Shown here: positions 25,750 to 38,235 of the stretch, piece after piece | Layout of the letters: every line of letters begins with the position of its first letter | How positions within the stretch are numbered: the stretch's first letter is position 1 | Assembly: GCF_006345805.1 (NCBI RefSeq) | Contig: NW_021833254.1 | Location: 15,556 to 79,555 of the forward strand | Direction of reading: 5' to 3' | Length of the DNA: 64,000 nt | DNA from: Octopus sinensis | Lineage: Eukaryota | Position numbers and translations under genes: made by a program | Notes under the pieces: generated by a model | What the model was told of the DNA's origin: nothing | Seen by the model: the letters and a program-made list of their open reading frames with translations, nothing else | Database searches by the model: none

Positions 25750-25895
25750 TCTCTTTATCACAGGTTTTGTTGGAGCTCCTGGAGTTTTGCACCCGTAACG
25801 GGCTTACTACCTGCAGCCTGCGGTACCATGCTGTCCGTTCTTTTCAGCTACCTAATACTTTCCTGATTATTCTGGCCGTGCTAAGGAGGCAACTG
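25750..25895 (-). mobile_element. Family C extreme 3' fragment (copy 1)
   Basis: Reverse complement matches 12575-12700 (gtattaggtagctgaaaagaacggacagcatggtaccgcaggctgcaggtag). Confidence 0.8.
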
Positions 25896-25933
25896 TTGTT
25901 GTTGTTGTTGTTTTGTTATTATTATTATTATTA

Positions 25934-25989
<56 letters not shown>

Positions 25990-25992
<3 letters not shown>

Positions 25993-26477
25993 TAGTTTTA
26001 TTTTTATATCGTGCTTTCACTTCACTACCGAGCGCAGCTCTGTGTGCCTTGGGTATGTGCTGTGATTCTTTGTGATGCTCTGATGGTTACTGTATTGAAA
26101 GTGTTCTGCGTAGGATGTGTGTAGTGCCTAGTAGTGCAATTTTCTGTATGTTATATGTGTTTGTAAGTCCTGGTGGTTTTGTTATGTATTTGTCTGAATA
26201 TTTTTTTATCATGCCTAATGCACCTACTATGATAGGAATTGTTTCTGTTTTCAGGTTCCACATTCTAGTTACCTCTATTTCCAGGTCTTTGTATTTTGAG
26301 AGTTTCTCCATTTCTTTTAGAGACACGTTGTCATCTGCCGGTATTGATACATCAATTAGAAAGCATTTTTTTTCTTCATGATCTCTGACAACTATATCTG
26401 GTCTGTTGGCCTTAATTTCTCTATCTGTGAGTATCGGAATATCCCAGAGTATGGTTGCTTTCTCGTTTTCTGTGACC

Positions 26478-26480
<3 letters not shown>
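25990..26480 (-). mobile_element. Chimeric family A fragment (3' end from the full-length variant, 5' part from A1)
   Basis: Diagnostic variants switch between 26136 and 26221 (see findings). Confidence 0.85.
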
Positions 26481-26562
<82 letters not shown>

Positions 26563-26565
<3 letters not shown>

Positions 26566-27163
26566 GTTTGACTTTTGCTTTATGTTTGTACAAGTTGGCT
26601 CCATGTCTCACCCAGACAGAGACTTCAAGAGACAACAGGCTGGAAGTTTACGTTGTTGTTATGCCTAGTGTGCCATATATTTGGGGTTTTTTTGGTGTTG
26701 TACAAGTGAATGTCTAATAAATAAATTTAAAAAGAAAAAAAAGTTTGTTTTAAACCTTGAGATTACATAGAGAGTATTTTGCGTAGGATATGAGCAGTTC
26801 CCATGAGCACTATCTTTTGAATTTCTGCCATTTTGGGGTTTCCTGGTATTTGAGTTAGGTAGCAAACAGCCCCTTTCGCTATCATTCCCAGGGCACCTAT
26901 GACAACAGGTATTGTTTTAGTCTTCAGGTTCACATTTTGCTGATTCTATTTCAAGATCTTTATATTTGCTCAGTTTTTGGTAGGTCTTGACAAATACGTT
27001 TATATCGATTGGGACCGTCATATCAATGAAGAGGCATGTTCTTTGTCTGAAGTCTTTCAATATGATGTCTGGCCTATTTGCATCTATATTTCTGTCAGTT
27101 TGAATGGTGAAGTTCCAGAGGAGTGAGATGTGGTTATCTTCAAGCACTGGAGGTGGATTGTGG

Positions 27164-27164
<1 letters not shown>
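26563..27164 (-). mobile_element. Family B 3' fragment (copy 2)
   Basis: Near-identical to 24981-25585 apart from a few single-base deletions. Confidence 0.95.
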
Positions 27165-27236
<72 letters not shown>

Positions 27237-27260
27237 TTTATTTTTTTATTTTTTATCATT

Positions 27261-27335
<75 letters not shown>

Positions 27336-27336
<1 letters not shown>

Positions 27337-27480
27337 TCTTTATCACAGGTTTTGTTGGAGCTCCTGGAGTTTTGCACCCGTAACGGGCTTACTACCTGCA
27401 GCCTGCGGTACCATGCTGTCCGTTCTTTTCAGCTACCTAATACTTTCCTGATTATTCTGGCCGTGCTAAGGAGGCAACTG
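27336..27480 (-). mobile_element. Family C extreme 3' fragment (copy 2)
   Basis: Matches 25750-25895. Confidence 0.85.
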
Positions 27481-27518
27481 TTGTTGTTGTTGTTGTTTTG
27501 TTATTATTATTATTATTA

Positions 27519-27583
<65 letters not shown>

Positions 27584-27586
<3 letters not shown>

Positions 27587-30500
27587 TAGTTTTATTTTTA
27601 TATCGTGCTTTCACTTCACTACCGAGCGCAGCTCTGTGTGCCTTGGGTATGTGCTGTGATTCTTTGTGATGCTCTGATGGTTACTGTATTGAAAGTGTTC
27701 TGCGTAGGATGTGTGTAGTGCCTAGTAGTGCAATTTTCTGTATGTTATATGTGTTTGTAAGTCCTGGTGTTTTTGTTATGTATTTGTCTGAATATTTTTT
27801 TATCATGCCTAATGCACTATGATAGGAATTGTTTCTGTTTTCAGATTCCACATTCTAGTTACCTCTATTTTCAGGTCTTTGTATTTTGAAGGTTTTTTCC
27901 ATTTCTTTTAGAGACACGTTGTTATCTGCCGGTATTGATACATCAATTAGAAAGCATTTTTTTCTTCATGATCTCTGACAACTATATCTGGTCTGTTGGC
28001 CTTAATTTCTCTATCTGTGTGTATCGGAATATCCCAGAGTATGGTTGCTTTCTCGTTTTCTGTGACCTTTTCTAGTGTGTGCCTATACAATCTTTTTTCT
28101 GTTGTTATTCCATAATGTTGGCATAGCTTCCAATGTATGTAGGTTCCAACTCTGTCATGTCTGTGAATATATTCCTTCTTAGCCAGGACTGGGCAGCCAG
28201 AGATAATATGATATATTGTTTCTTGTCCATCTCCACATATTCTGCAGTTATTTGTTATATTTCTTTTCATTACATGTTTTTGGTAATTTCTGGTGGGGAG
28301 GCTTTGGTCTTGTGCTGCAATTAAAAATCCCTCTGTCTCTGCTTTGAGTCCTGAGCTTCTCAGCCATTGCTGGGATTTTTCTTTGTCTGTTTCTTTTGCA
28401 TTTAGTTTAGTCCAGTATTTACCATGAAGGGGATTTTCTTGCCATCGTTTTACCATGGTTCTTTGTTGTTCTAGTTTTAGTTTGGATTTCATTTGTTTTA
28501 TAGCTTTTGTTTCTTCTTCTTCTTCTTCTTCTTCTTCTTCTTCTTCTTCTTCTTCTTCTTCTTCTTCTTCTTCTTCTTCTTCTTCTTCTTCTTCTTCTCT
28601 TCTTCTTCTTCTTCTTCTCTTCTTTCTTCTTCTCTTCTTCTTCTTCATATTTATTAGGTGGCATGATTTCTTGTTTGTATTTGTCAGCTTCCTTAAATAC
28701 TGAGAACAGTTTTTTGTTTTGCTCGTGTTTTGCCGCTATTTGTATCAGTTTTCCTTCCTTCTGAAGTAGATATTTTTGCAGTCCTATGGTGGTTATTTTA
28801 TAGTAGTTTTCCAGCTGTATAAGGCCTCTACCACCTTCTATACGTTGTATATATTGTCTTTCTATGTCAGATTTTGGGTGATGCATCCTAGACACTGTCA
28901 GTACTTTTCTTGTTTTCCCATCTATTTTGGTCAGTTCATTTAGTGTCCAGTTAAGGATATTGTAGCTGTAACTTATAACTGGGACAGCTAAAGTGTTAAT
29001 ATCTATTATCTTGTTTTTAGCAAAGAGCTCTATTTTTAGTATTGATCTAACTCGTCTATAATATTCTTTTTTTATTTTCTCTTTCATTTGTGTGTGTTGT
29101 GTCTTATCTAGTTCATGGATTCCTAAGTATTTGTAAGTTTGGCTTTGGTCTAATTCTTTTATTTCATTGGTTTTTTCTAGTGTGATGTTACTCTTAACTA
29201 TTTTCCTCTTTTCATGGTTACTTTGGCGCATTTTTCTAATCCAAATTTCATATCTATTTCTTTGGTAAATCCATGAACTGTCTTTAATAGTGTTTCCAGC
29301 TGTTTGTCATTTGCAGCGTATAGTTTTAGGTCATCCATATATAAAAGGTGGCTGATCGTTTTGCCGTAACATTTATATCCGCATCCAGTTCTATTTAGCA
29401 TATCAGATAGAGGTGACAGTGCCAAGCAGAAAAGGAGTGGAGGGAGCGTGTCTTCCTGGAATATTCCTCTTCTAATGGGGATGGCTTTGGTTTTCATGAG
29501 TTCCTCTTTTGTTTGGAGCTGTAGCACGGTTTGCCATTTATTCATAGAGTGCCCTATGAATTTTATAAGGGTTGGTGCTACTTTGTAAATGGCTAGTGTT
29601 TCGAGGATCCATGTGTGGGGGATGCTATCAAACGCCTTATTGTAGTCGATCCAGGCCATACTGAGGCCTTTCTTCTTTCCTTGGCTGTCTTCAGTTATGG
29701 CTTTATTAATCATTAGTTGATCTTTACAGCCATATGAGCCTTTGCGGCATCCTTCCTGCTCTTATGAAAACAGGTGTTTTCGTCCAGGTGCTTGTTCAAC
29801 CTTTGCGATATCACTGCAGTAAATACCTTGTATATTGTAGGGAGACAGGTTATTGGCCTGTAGTTTTCTGGTTTAGCTGTCTCATTTGATTTGGGAATTA
29901 AGATGGTTTCCCCTTCGTGAGCAATTCAGGCATTGTCTCTGGCTCTGCTAGTATGCTGTCAAAGTTTTCAGCCAGCTTTTTGTGCATTCCTGTTAGATAT
30001 TTCAACCAGAAGTTGGGGATCTTGTCATGCCCAGGTGCCTTCCAGTTGCTTAGTCTTTGCAGTGCCTGGGTGACCTCTTCAGTTGTTATGGGGGTCCAAA
30101 GTTGCTCAGATGCTGAGTTTGTTGTTTTGATACTTCTTTTTTTTGGTTGTTCGTTCGCCGACCATATTTCTCTCCAGAATTCTTCCACTTCTTCTGCCGT
30201 TGGTGCTGCAGTGGTTTCTATTTTATTTTTGCCAAGTTCTTGGTAAAACTTTTTGGGGTTGGAGTTGAACTTTTTGTTTTGTTCAAAGAAGCGCTGGCGT
30301 TTCTCGTACCGGTGGATCCTTTGTGCTCTGGCAAGGATATCTTGCTTCAGCTTTTCTTTTATCTCAGGTAAATCTTTTTCTGTGATGTTATATTTGCGGA
30401 GTATTTTTGTTTTCTTTTTGTTGCTTAGTAGCGTTGATTGTCTACTGATTTCATTAAGAATCGACAGATCTTTTCTCATTTTTTGTATTTTGTTTTGGAT

Positions 30501-31775
30501 GTTATTTATCCACAGGGTTTTTTTCGGTGGTGGTACTCCTGTTTGGATGGGTTTGAGTGAGTATCCAGCTTCTTTTGTGGCGGCAGTGGCTGCTGTGTAT
30601 ATTAAGTCATTTATCTCAGTGATATCGCTTTTTGTTTCAGTTGCTATCAGTTCAGTGACGGCTAGGTTTATGCTGTTTATAATAGGTGTTGTTATTTCGT
30701 TTATTTTGATTCTTGGGAGGTATGGTCGGTGGTCCATTTTGAGCTCTGTGGTTTTCAGTTCTTTGATTATTTTACTTTTTATATTATCATAATCATTAGG
30801 CTCCCCTTTGTTGTTTCCAGGTTTTAGATTTGTGTCACTTTCTTTCTTATTTATATGTTTGTTTGCCGTGTTTTGGCTTGCTGTTTGTCGTGTATTATTA
30901 CGCATCCTTACGGTCTGGGTTTGTTGTTTTTTATTTACATCGTGTTTGTTGGGAACGTTACGTTTGTCTTCGTGTTTTACTGTTTCAGTGTTTATATTAA
31001 TGGCATCGTTGTGTGGCTTCTATCTACATTTTCCTGGTGTATTTTTTCTTTTAGATGTTCTATTTCTATTTCTGATATTTTTTTTGCGTTGAGAATGTAT
31101 CTTCGTACGTTAGCTATTTTATTAGGGTTCATTGCTGTATCCAAGTCTATATCTATTTTATTTTCCTTTCATATTTTATATGTATGTGTTGTTTTGTTTA
31201 CATTTTTGGGGTAGAGCACTGCTGTGAAGTATGCGTGTAGGATAGAAATGTATTCCTCACGTGTCCATTTATGTCTTTTGGGTTTTATTTGCGGTACATG
31301 AGGAACAACGTCCGGCCCATTACTTTGACGGTCGTCATTTTCGTTGGGTACCGGTCCGTTCATTTCTGTTGTCACATTGTTTTGCACGTGTAGTTTTTCG
31401 TACATTTTGAGTTGTAAGTTTAAAGTACGTACCTCCCGATTGTTATTCTTGGGTTGAATAATATCGGTGGTATTTAATTTCTTCGTAGTTCCTTTGAACA
31501 TGGTGTTTGGGGTCGGGCATGATCTGGTGTTGATAGATCGTAATGTTCCACGCATGTTTACATGTGTTGTGTTAGAGATGGAGATGATATCGAGTCAAAA
31601 TACATCATTTCGTTTCGAAATTAGTAATAAATTTTAATGAGCATTACTTACTCGGGTACAGTCCAATCCTTTGTTAGTAAATCTTTGGCTTCATACGATG
31701 TCCTTGTTTTCGATGTTTGTGGATAGATTTCAGAGCTCTGTTGTATCGTTCTTTACATCTTAAACGTCCCCCATT
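27584..31775 (-). mobile_element. Near full-length (about 4.2 kb) R4/Dong-like RLE non-LTR retrotransposon, family A
   Basis: Both ends abut (AAT)n. It has a 5' UTR of about 220 nt, a single long ORF and a 3' UTR of about 100 nt ending aaaataaaactactg-(AAT)n. Confidence 0.95.
27681..31555 (-). pseudogene. Single ORF (N-terminal domain, reverse transcriptase, CCHC knuckle, restriction-like endonuclease), broken by at least 5 frameshifts
   Basis: KRHKWTREEY; LSNWKAPGHDKIPNFWLK; AWIDYNKAFDSIPH; RRGIFQEDTLPPLLF; HLLYMDDLKLYA; FGLEKCAKV; YKYLG; ETEGFLIAAQDQ; CRIC-x8-H-x4-C; RPD-x-LID-x-K endonuclease. TAA stop at 27681-27683. Confidence 0.92.
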
Positions 31776-31786
31776 TATTATTATTA

Positions 31787-31854
<68 letters not shown>

Positions 31855-31989
31855 GTTATTATTATTGTTATTATTATTTCTGTGCGTTGGCTCTGCTTTG
31901 ATATATGCAAGCCGTACGCTCGTTTCATCCAGAGAAGTCAAGCGACATCAAAAGTTGCAAACAGATGAAGCCCTGCGCAGAAAAATAAA

Positions 31990-32320
31990 CAACAAAAGAA
32001 AACAGAAATTGATGTCCCTTTGTTATAAAAAAAAAAAGAACTTTCCCTTTAGAAAGATTTATAATAAAACTGGAAAACCTAGCATTTGCATACTGAAGAA
32101 ACTGCGTGAAATATGTGGGTTGCCATGGAAGTTGTTTGATCCTTTTGATCCAGGAACAACAACGGGAAATGTTGATGCTTTGAGATGCCGCATTCTCCGT
32201 GATTTCTATTTCCAACTCCTTATATTTGCTCAATTTCACAAACGTTTTCAGGGATCTGTTGTTGTCAGCTGAGGCTACAACATCTATCAAAAGAGATGGG
32301 TTTTGCCTATGGTATCCGTT
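31990..32320 (-). mobile_element. Decayed RLE endonuclease fragment (family B-like)
   Basis: LLIDVVASADNNRSLKTFVKLSKYKELEIEI in ORF 31925-32425. Confidence 0.7.
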
Positions 32321-32429
32321 CATCATCATCATCATCATCATCAATAGCAGCAGCGACAGTAGCAGCAGCGGCAGCAGTAGCAGCAGCAATAGAATCGTCG
32401 CTGCTATCTCCACCACAATGAACAACCTC

Positions 32430-32461
<32 letters not shown>

Positions 32462-33418
32462 CTTCTTCTTCTTCTTCTTCTTCTTCTTCTTCTTCTTCTT
32501 CTTCTTCTTCTTCTTCTTCTTCTTCTTCTTCTTCTTCTTCTTCTTTTTCTTCCTCCTCCTCTTCTGTATCATCATCATCATCATCATCATCATTATCATC
32601 ATCATCACCATCAACGCCATCATTATTGCCTTTGCACAGCTTCTAACGCTGGAGATGTACTGCGCGGACAGAGAAACAAAAATCAAAAACCACTTAAACG
32701 GCAACAATATTTCCATTATGAATAACAACGACAACTATAACAAACATGTCCGGCAACACTTTGTTGGATTTTTCGGAGCGTTAGGTCAGCAACGGTCAAG
32801 GAATTTAGTGCCTCCTACTTCTACGGTATACAACGGCTCTCGGCTGGTATTGCGAAAGATCAATAATAGTAGCTGGGAAACAGGAAATAATGGGCAGTTG
32901 CACAAAGCAGAATCCTCCTGGTTTGGATGAGAGACCTCATTCGTTTTATGGTTATATGCCAGACTTGTTTGATGAACGTATACCGCAACTGGCAGCAGAA
33001 CTGGAGAATTATGTTCTGTGAGGGGGAGGAAGTTAACGCTGCTGAGAAAGGTCGCAAATAAAGCGGGTATCGTAGATAATTTCCAACTCTAACCCAGCTA
33101 ATAGCAGAATTAATGGTTTTCGTCAAGATGTTAGCAAAGAGATTGGGGTTTGTCGCAGGGGGTTTGGTCAACGACAACAATAACATACCCAGCGACGGCT
33201 GCCAAAGGCCCGTAGCTTTTTAAGATGGACATCTGTCTGGCACGTGTGGCCAAACTGATAAAGCTGGACAAAATGCGGACGGACATTGTCATTCACATCG
33301 AGGTTTTGGTAGGATCACAGAAAATAATCGGTTATTTATAAATGTGTTTCTATAAAAACAGAGCAGCTGGAGACGGATAGTGAGGCAGATGTGGAAGGTG
33401 CACTGAAAGAGATAATGT

Positions 33419-33940
33419 TCATCGATTAGCATATTTCGAGGGCAAAACAGTTTGCCAGCATTTCAGTGAAGTTCTAGCCGGCAAACAATCCCTGGTTCCC
33501 TGTCGGAGCGAAAAATAAGTGCTCCACTCATCGTATTTAGGAAGAAGGACGGTGAGGGTAAAGGTGTCAGGAATTTCCCCGGTGTTAAATTTATGGCGCA
33601 TTTTAGTGTGTATCGTTTTAGAAGCGAGTGACAGCCACCTGCAGGTTTAGCGGACCTATCGTGAAAATTGGTCTGAGATCAGCGTGGAGGGGCTACTCCA
33701 CATTAAACTAGACACGATCTACAAAATCTCAGACCTCATTCGCATTCCAGGAAGAGAAGAACTACATGTTATGGTTGAAGGTACAAAGCCAGGGTACCAC
33801 CTGTGTAGGGAGATAAGATACTTGAATGACTTCTGCCTCCAACAGAAGGCAAGAACCCCAGTTCTACAAAAGCATCAGCAAGCAAAACAATTACGAGCAA
33901 TAACAAAAGCGGCAGCAATACCAGGGAAAATGGCATTATG
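33419..33940. pseudogene. Possible decayed LINE ORF1 (gag-like knuckle) fragments in both orientations
   Basis: ISDLIRIPGREELHVMVEGTKPGYHLC on plus and EIPDTFTL on minus resemble the L1/Tx1 ORF1 pre-knuckle motif as I recall it; the CCHC is degenerate. Confidence 0.3.
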
Positions 33941-34170
33941 AACATAATTATATTTCTGTCTCAGTACAGAAATTTACGCTCAGGGACCAGCGAAAATATA
34001 AGTTGCGTGGTATCAGATCAAGCTGTTTTAATATATATAGGTACATGTGACTCTTATTAAATGTGTTGAGAACCCTTTTCTTTCGTTTGACCACTCACTG
34101 GTGTGTACATATACATACAAACATGTATAAATATATATATGAATATAAATGTTATATATATACTTCACGT

Positions 34171-34224
<54 letters not shown>

Positions 34225-34369
34225 CTCATATATATATGTACACACACACACACGCACACACACATATATATATATATTTATAGTTCTTTCGTGAATCGGG
34301 CGACGCTTAGTAATCTTGAGTATAATACTTCACATCTCAATTCTCCTGTTCACTCAACTAGCGAATATA

Positions 34370-35639
34370 TCAGGTAACCCATAAATTCTGTCCGAATTTT
34401 GAATAAAGAAAACAAGTAATCAAATGTTACATTTAATTGAAATTTAATCATCAATGATTATCTATGACGTCCTTCCATCTATTTACAAGCATTTTAATAC
34501 CATGAATGTAAAACTCTTTTGGTTTCAATGCGAAGAACTCTGAAATGTCAGTTTCGACCTCCTCCTGGCCTGCGAAAATTTTATCCCCCCAATTATTTTG
34601 TAAACTACGAAACAAATGGTAGTCTGAAGGAAAAAGGTCGAGAGAATAAGGTGGATGAGGAATTTTTCCCCAATTAAGCTCTTCGATCTTCTATGATGTG
34701 ATCTTTGCAGTGTGGGTCGCGCATTGTCCTGGTGAAACATAACTCCTTTACGATTCACTAAAGCGGGTCTTTTTTTCTTCAAAGCTTGGTTCAAACGTTC
34801 TAATTGCTGACAGTAGACTTGAGCATTGATTGTTGCATTAGGTGGTAACAATTCAAAGTGAATTATTCCTCTGCAATCTCTTCAGATAGAGAGGAGAATC
34901 TTTTTCCCATGAAGTTCCCTTCTCGATTGTGGTTGAGCCTTTTCCCTTTTACCAACCCACTGTTTTCGACGTTTAACATTTCGATAGAAAATCCATTTTT
35001 CGTCATCAGTCACAAGTCTATCCAAAAAAGGGTGAAATGAGTTTGTGAGAATGAAGAGAAGAGCAGGTGTCAACTCGGGATTTGCGGTTGCTTTTCATGA
35101 GACACCCATTTTCCAAGTTTAGGAACCTTTCCATTTTGTTGAATTATGACGATGAAGAGTTGCATGATGTAAACTAAAATTTACTGCCAATTCTTCAACT
35201 GATAATGCAGGATTTTCTTCTAGTAATGCCTCAAGGAGCTTATCATAAAACTCAACTGGACGTCCTGTTCCATCTTCATCTTCAAGGCTGAAATCTCCAC
35301 TTCTGAATTTTTCAAACCATCTTCTGCAAGTTCTTTCTTTCAAGCACTCTTTTCCATAAACTGAGTGTATCTTTTGAGCCGCTTCGGCTGCAGAGTTTCC
35401 TTTCTTGTGCTCATAAAGCATTATGCACCTCAAATGGTCTTTGGATACTTCCATGTTAGAAAGGGTTTTAATAAAAGAAATTTTAAATCGATTATTCTGT
35501 AAACAAATATTTTATTAGTTTAAATGTACACAAATGTACAAAAATAATTTTTAATTCCATTAAACATTCTAAAATAGAATTAAATTTCATTCAACCTTAA
35601 AAAAGGTAAAAATCGGACAGAACTTATGGGATGACCTGA
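34370..35639 (-). mobile_element. Full-length (1270 bp) decayed mariner (DD34D) transposon
   Basis: TA-TCAGGTAACCCATAAATTCTGTCCGAATTTT ... AAAATCGGACAGAACTTATGGGATGACCTGA-TA. Fragments: MEVSKDHLRCIMLYE..WFEKFRSGDFSLED..GRP, LVTDDEKWIFY, FHQDNARP and HPPYS.DL.PSDYHLF. Frameshifted. Confidence 0.95.
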
Positions 35640-35745
35640 TAGTAATCCTGCGACGGATCAGCGTCCCATCCAGGTGGGGAATTCATACGCCATTGAAACC
35701 GAGAAATTGGCCCTCAATAGCCTGGCATGGCTCGAGGAGGACACA
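35640..35745 (+). mobile_element. SINE 3' part split from its 5' part (about 34285-34369) by the mariner
   Basis: Removing the mariner joins ttcactcaactagcgaata to tagtaatcctgcgacggatcagcgtcccatccagg. The left part resembles the S3 segment gtccactcagctggcaaaaatgag. Confidence 0.55.
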
Positions 35746-35746
35746 T

Positions 35747-35806
<60 letters not shown>

Positions 35807-35815
35807 ATATATATA

Positions 35816-36310
35816 TAAACAAATCAAATTGCGATAAAATAAAAATAATTATAATCGCTGGTATTACTAACACAAGCCATATATTTTTCATATATCAGTA
35901 CATTAAGGCGAAATACGTGCTAGGAATACAGAAGCTTGATAAATTAAGTGAAATGAAGATAAAAACATTTACTAAACCGGTAATTCTCAGACTGCAGTTT
36001 CTTTCTTTTCAGCAATAAAGATAATTTATTTGCCCAGGGAGAATTCTTCAGTGAGACCCTGTTTTTCTGGGATCCTAACTCACTAGAAGCATGTGCGTCT
36101 AATGATTTACTCTCCCTAACTAATCATATCACTGCGCAGACTCCGAACGTCCCGACAACACTAGGGAATTCTGGTATATCGCCTGGCGCTCATAATTTAT
36201 CGAGAAATATGTAAACAAATCAAATTGCGATAAAATAAAAATAATTATATCGCTGGTATTACTAACACAAGCCATATATTTTTCATATATCAGTACATTA
36301 AGGCGAAATA
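35816..36310. repeat. About 100 bp direct repeat pair (35816-35915, 36212-36310) around a 296 bp core, embedded in (TA)n
   Basis: taaacaaatcaaattgcgataaaataaaaataattat...cagtacattaaggcgaaata occurs twice and differs by one indel. Confidence 0.9.
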
Positions 36311-36330
36311 TATATATATATATATATATA

Positions 36331-36373
<43 letters not shown>

Positions 36374-36562
36374 TATATATATTATATATATATATATATA
36401 TGTATATAATATATATATATATATTATATATATATATATATTGTTATATTAACAGTGTTTATTTTATAGTTATTTCACAATTATGATGCTGTGATGCTAG
36501 GTGTTTCAATTATATATATAATTATATATATATATAGTTATATATAATATATATAACTCCTG

Positions 36563-36622
<60 letters not shown>

Positions 36623-37269
36623 TATGTATATATGTATATATATGTATATATGTATATATATGTATATACGTATATATATGTATATATATGTATATATATA
36701 TATATGTGTGTGTATATATATATATATATATATGTGTGTGTATATATATATATATATATTCATATATATATATATATAGCTAACTATGCACTTATTTCTT
36801 TAGTTATAAACATAGATGAAACATAAGTATGTACAATGACTTCGAAGAACCTTTAAGGAGAAGGTTTGGTTGTCGTCATTGTAGCGAGAGTTTTGTGTGT
36901 GTGTGTGTGCGAGTGTGTGTGTAGGGGGTGGAGTAAGCGGGATGTCAAGAAATCGTTTTGCTAATGTAATATCGCGATTGTATAGATTTCGCTTACCATT
37001 TGCTGATATTTGAAACCTTAAATATTATCTGTTTTACAAAACGAGACCCGAACCAATACTTATAACAACAACAACCACAACAACAACAAAAACAGCAACA
37101 ACAACACCACCAACAACATCAATAACAATAATGGTAACAGCGTTAGTAATAAAAATAACGATAATGGCAATGATAATAGTAGATCCTACAATAAATTTTT
37201 GTTTATTCTCCACTCAGGATTCACGGAAATACATTGGGGTTTCATGAATAGAAGTGTATGAACAGTGAA

Positions 37270-38235
37270 TGTGATGATAAAATAATTTGTAACAACAAAA
37301 GTTTCCCTAAAAGGGGCAACATTCCTAGGGTTTCTCGTGGAGACACCACAAAACCAAGGTCACTTTGACCACTAGTGCAAACGCCCTCTCCATATTGTTT
37401 ACCTTTAGCCTACAGAATTGGCCTGTTCACTCGTACCATTTTTGTGACATTCATCCACCTTTCAATAAACTTGCTGGGTGGTAGTATTTCCCTCACTACC
37501 TTGGCCTTCCTTTTCAAACGATGCTTGAAACAATTGATGTGGGCTTGGCCAAAGAGGAGCGTATCTGTCTTCAGTTCTTTGAATCTGGTCCAGCACACAA
37601 CCTCTTTCGCCGAAGCTACCAGACAGCGAAACAGTGCATTCCCTTTGCAGCAAAAGGAAGGCGGCGGGACAATCTTCACAGTGGATTCAGCCGATAGCCG
37701 GATCCGTTCTGAACATGACAACAGCTATTTGATATTAATCCACAAGCCAGCAATTCTCGGAAACTGGAAGAGATGGGGATGGGGGTTTCCTCGTTCTGCG
37801 CGCAGCCCGGATAACCCCGGCTGACAGTGCTTCTATACCTGTAGAGTTTATCCCGAACCGACAATGCTCCCGAGTAGTATTCCCAGACTAGGGATTTCTG
37901 GAAGTTCTCCATGGATACCAATCCGGAAGTCCTCCGGAACAGATCAACCAGTTGATTCTCGTTTTGCAGAGAGCGTCGTTGCACTTGCCCGCCACTAACC
38001 ATCTATAGAGCGCCAAAATAGAACTCCCACCGACCGCATTGCCCGTCTAACAGCGTACTGTGAGCGCCTTACGATATTCTAGGTGCCAGGCACCCTACCT
38101 CGGTCTACGTTTGATCCATGATTGACGTTCAGTCAAACAGACGAACTATGAAAACTCCTGTCTGACAAACGGCGACCACACCTGTTCACTGTCCTAGAAG
38201 CGCAGCAGATGTCGTAGCCTCAGCGCCTGTTTGAT
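37270..38235 (-). mobile_element. L1/Tx1-like LINE 3' fragment (C-terminal cysteine-rich region plus 3' UTR)
   Basis: FQKSLVWEYYSGALSVRDKLYRY..CAQNEETP, then RIRLSAESTVKIVPPPSF..LVASAKEVVCWTR..HRLKRK. Homologous to 42689 and 52050. Confidence 0.8.

Noticed and set aside
29917-31214. Plus-strand hydrophobic ORFs (e.g. 30253-30792, 179 aa)
   Set aside because: They are antisense to the A-rich LINE ORF and are a compositional by-product.
32650-33050. Possible decayed RT thumb fragment or 243 aa ORF 32199-32930
   Set aside because: The ORF is mostly microsatellite, and the similarity to RLE thumb motifs is too weak to call by eye.
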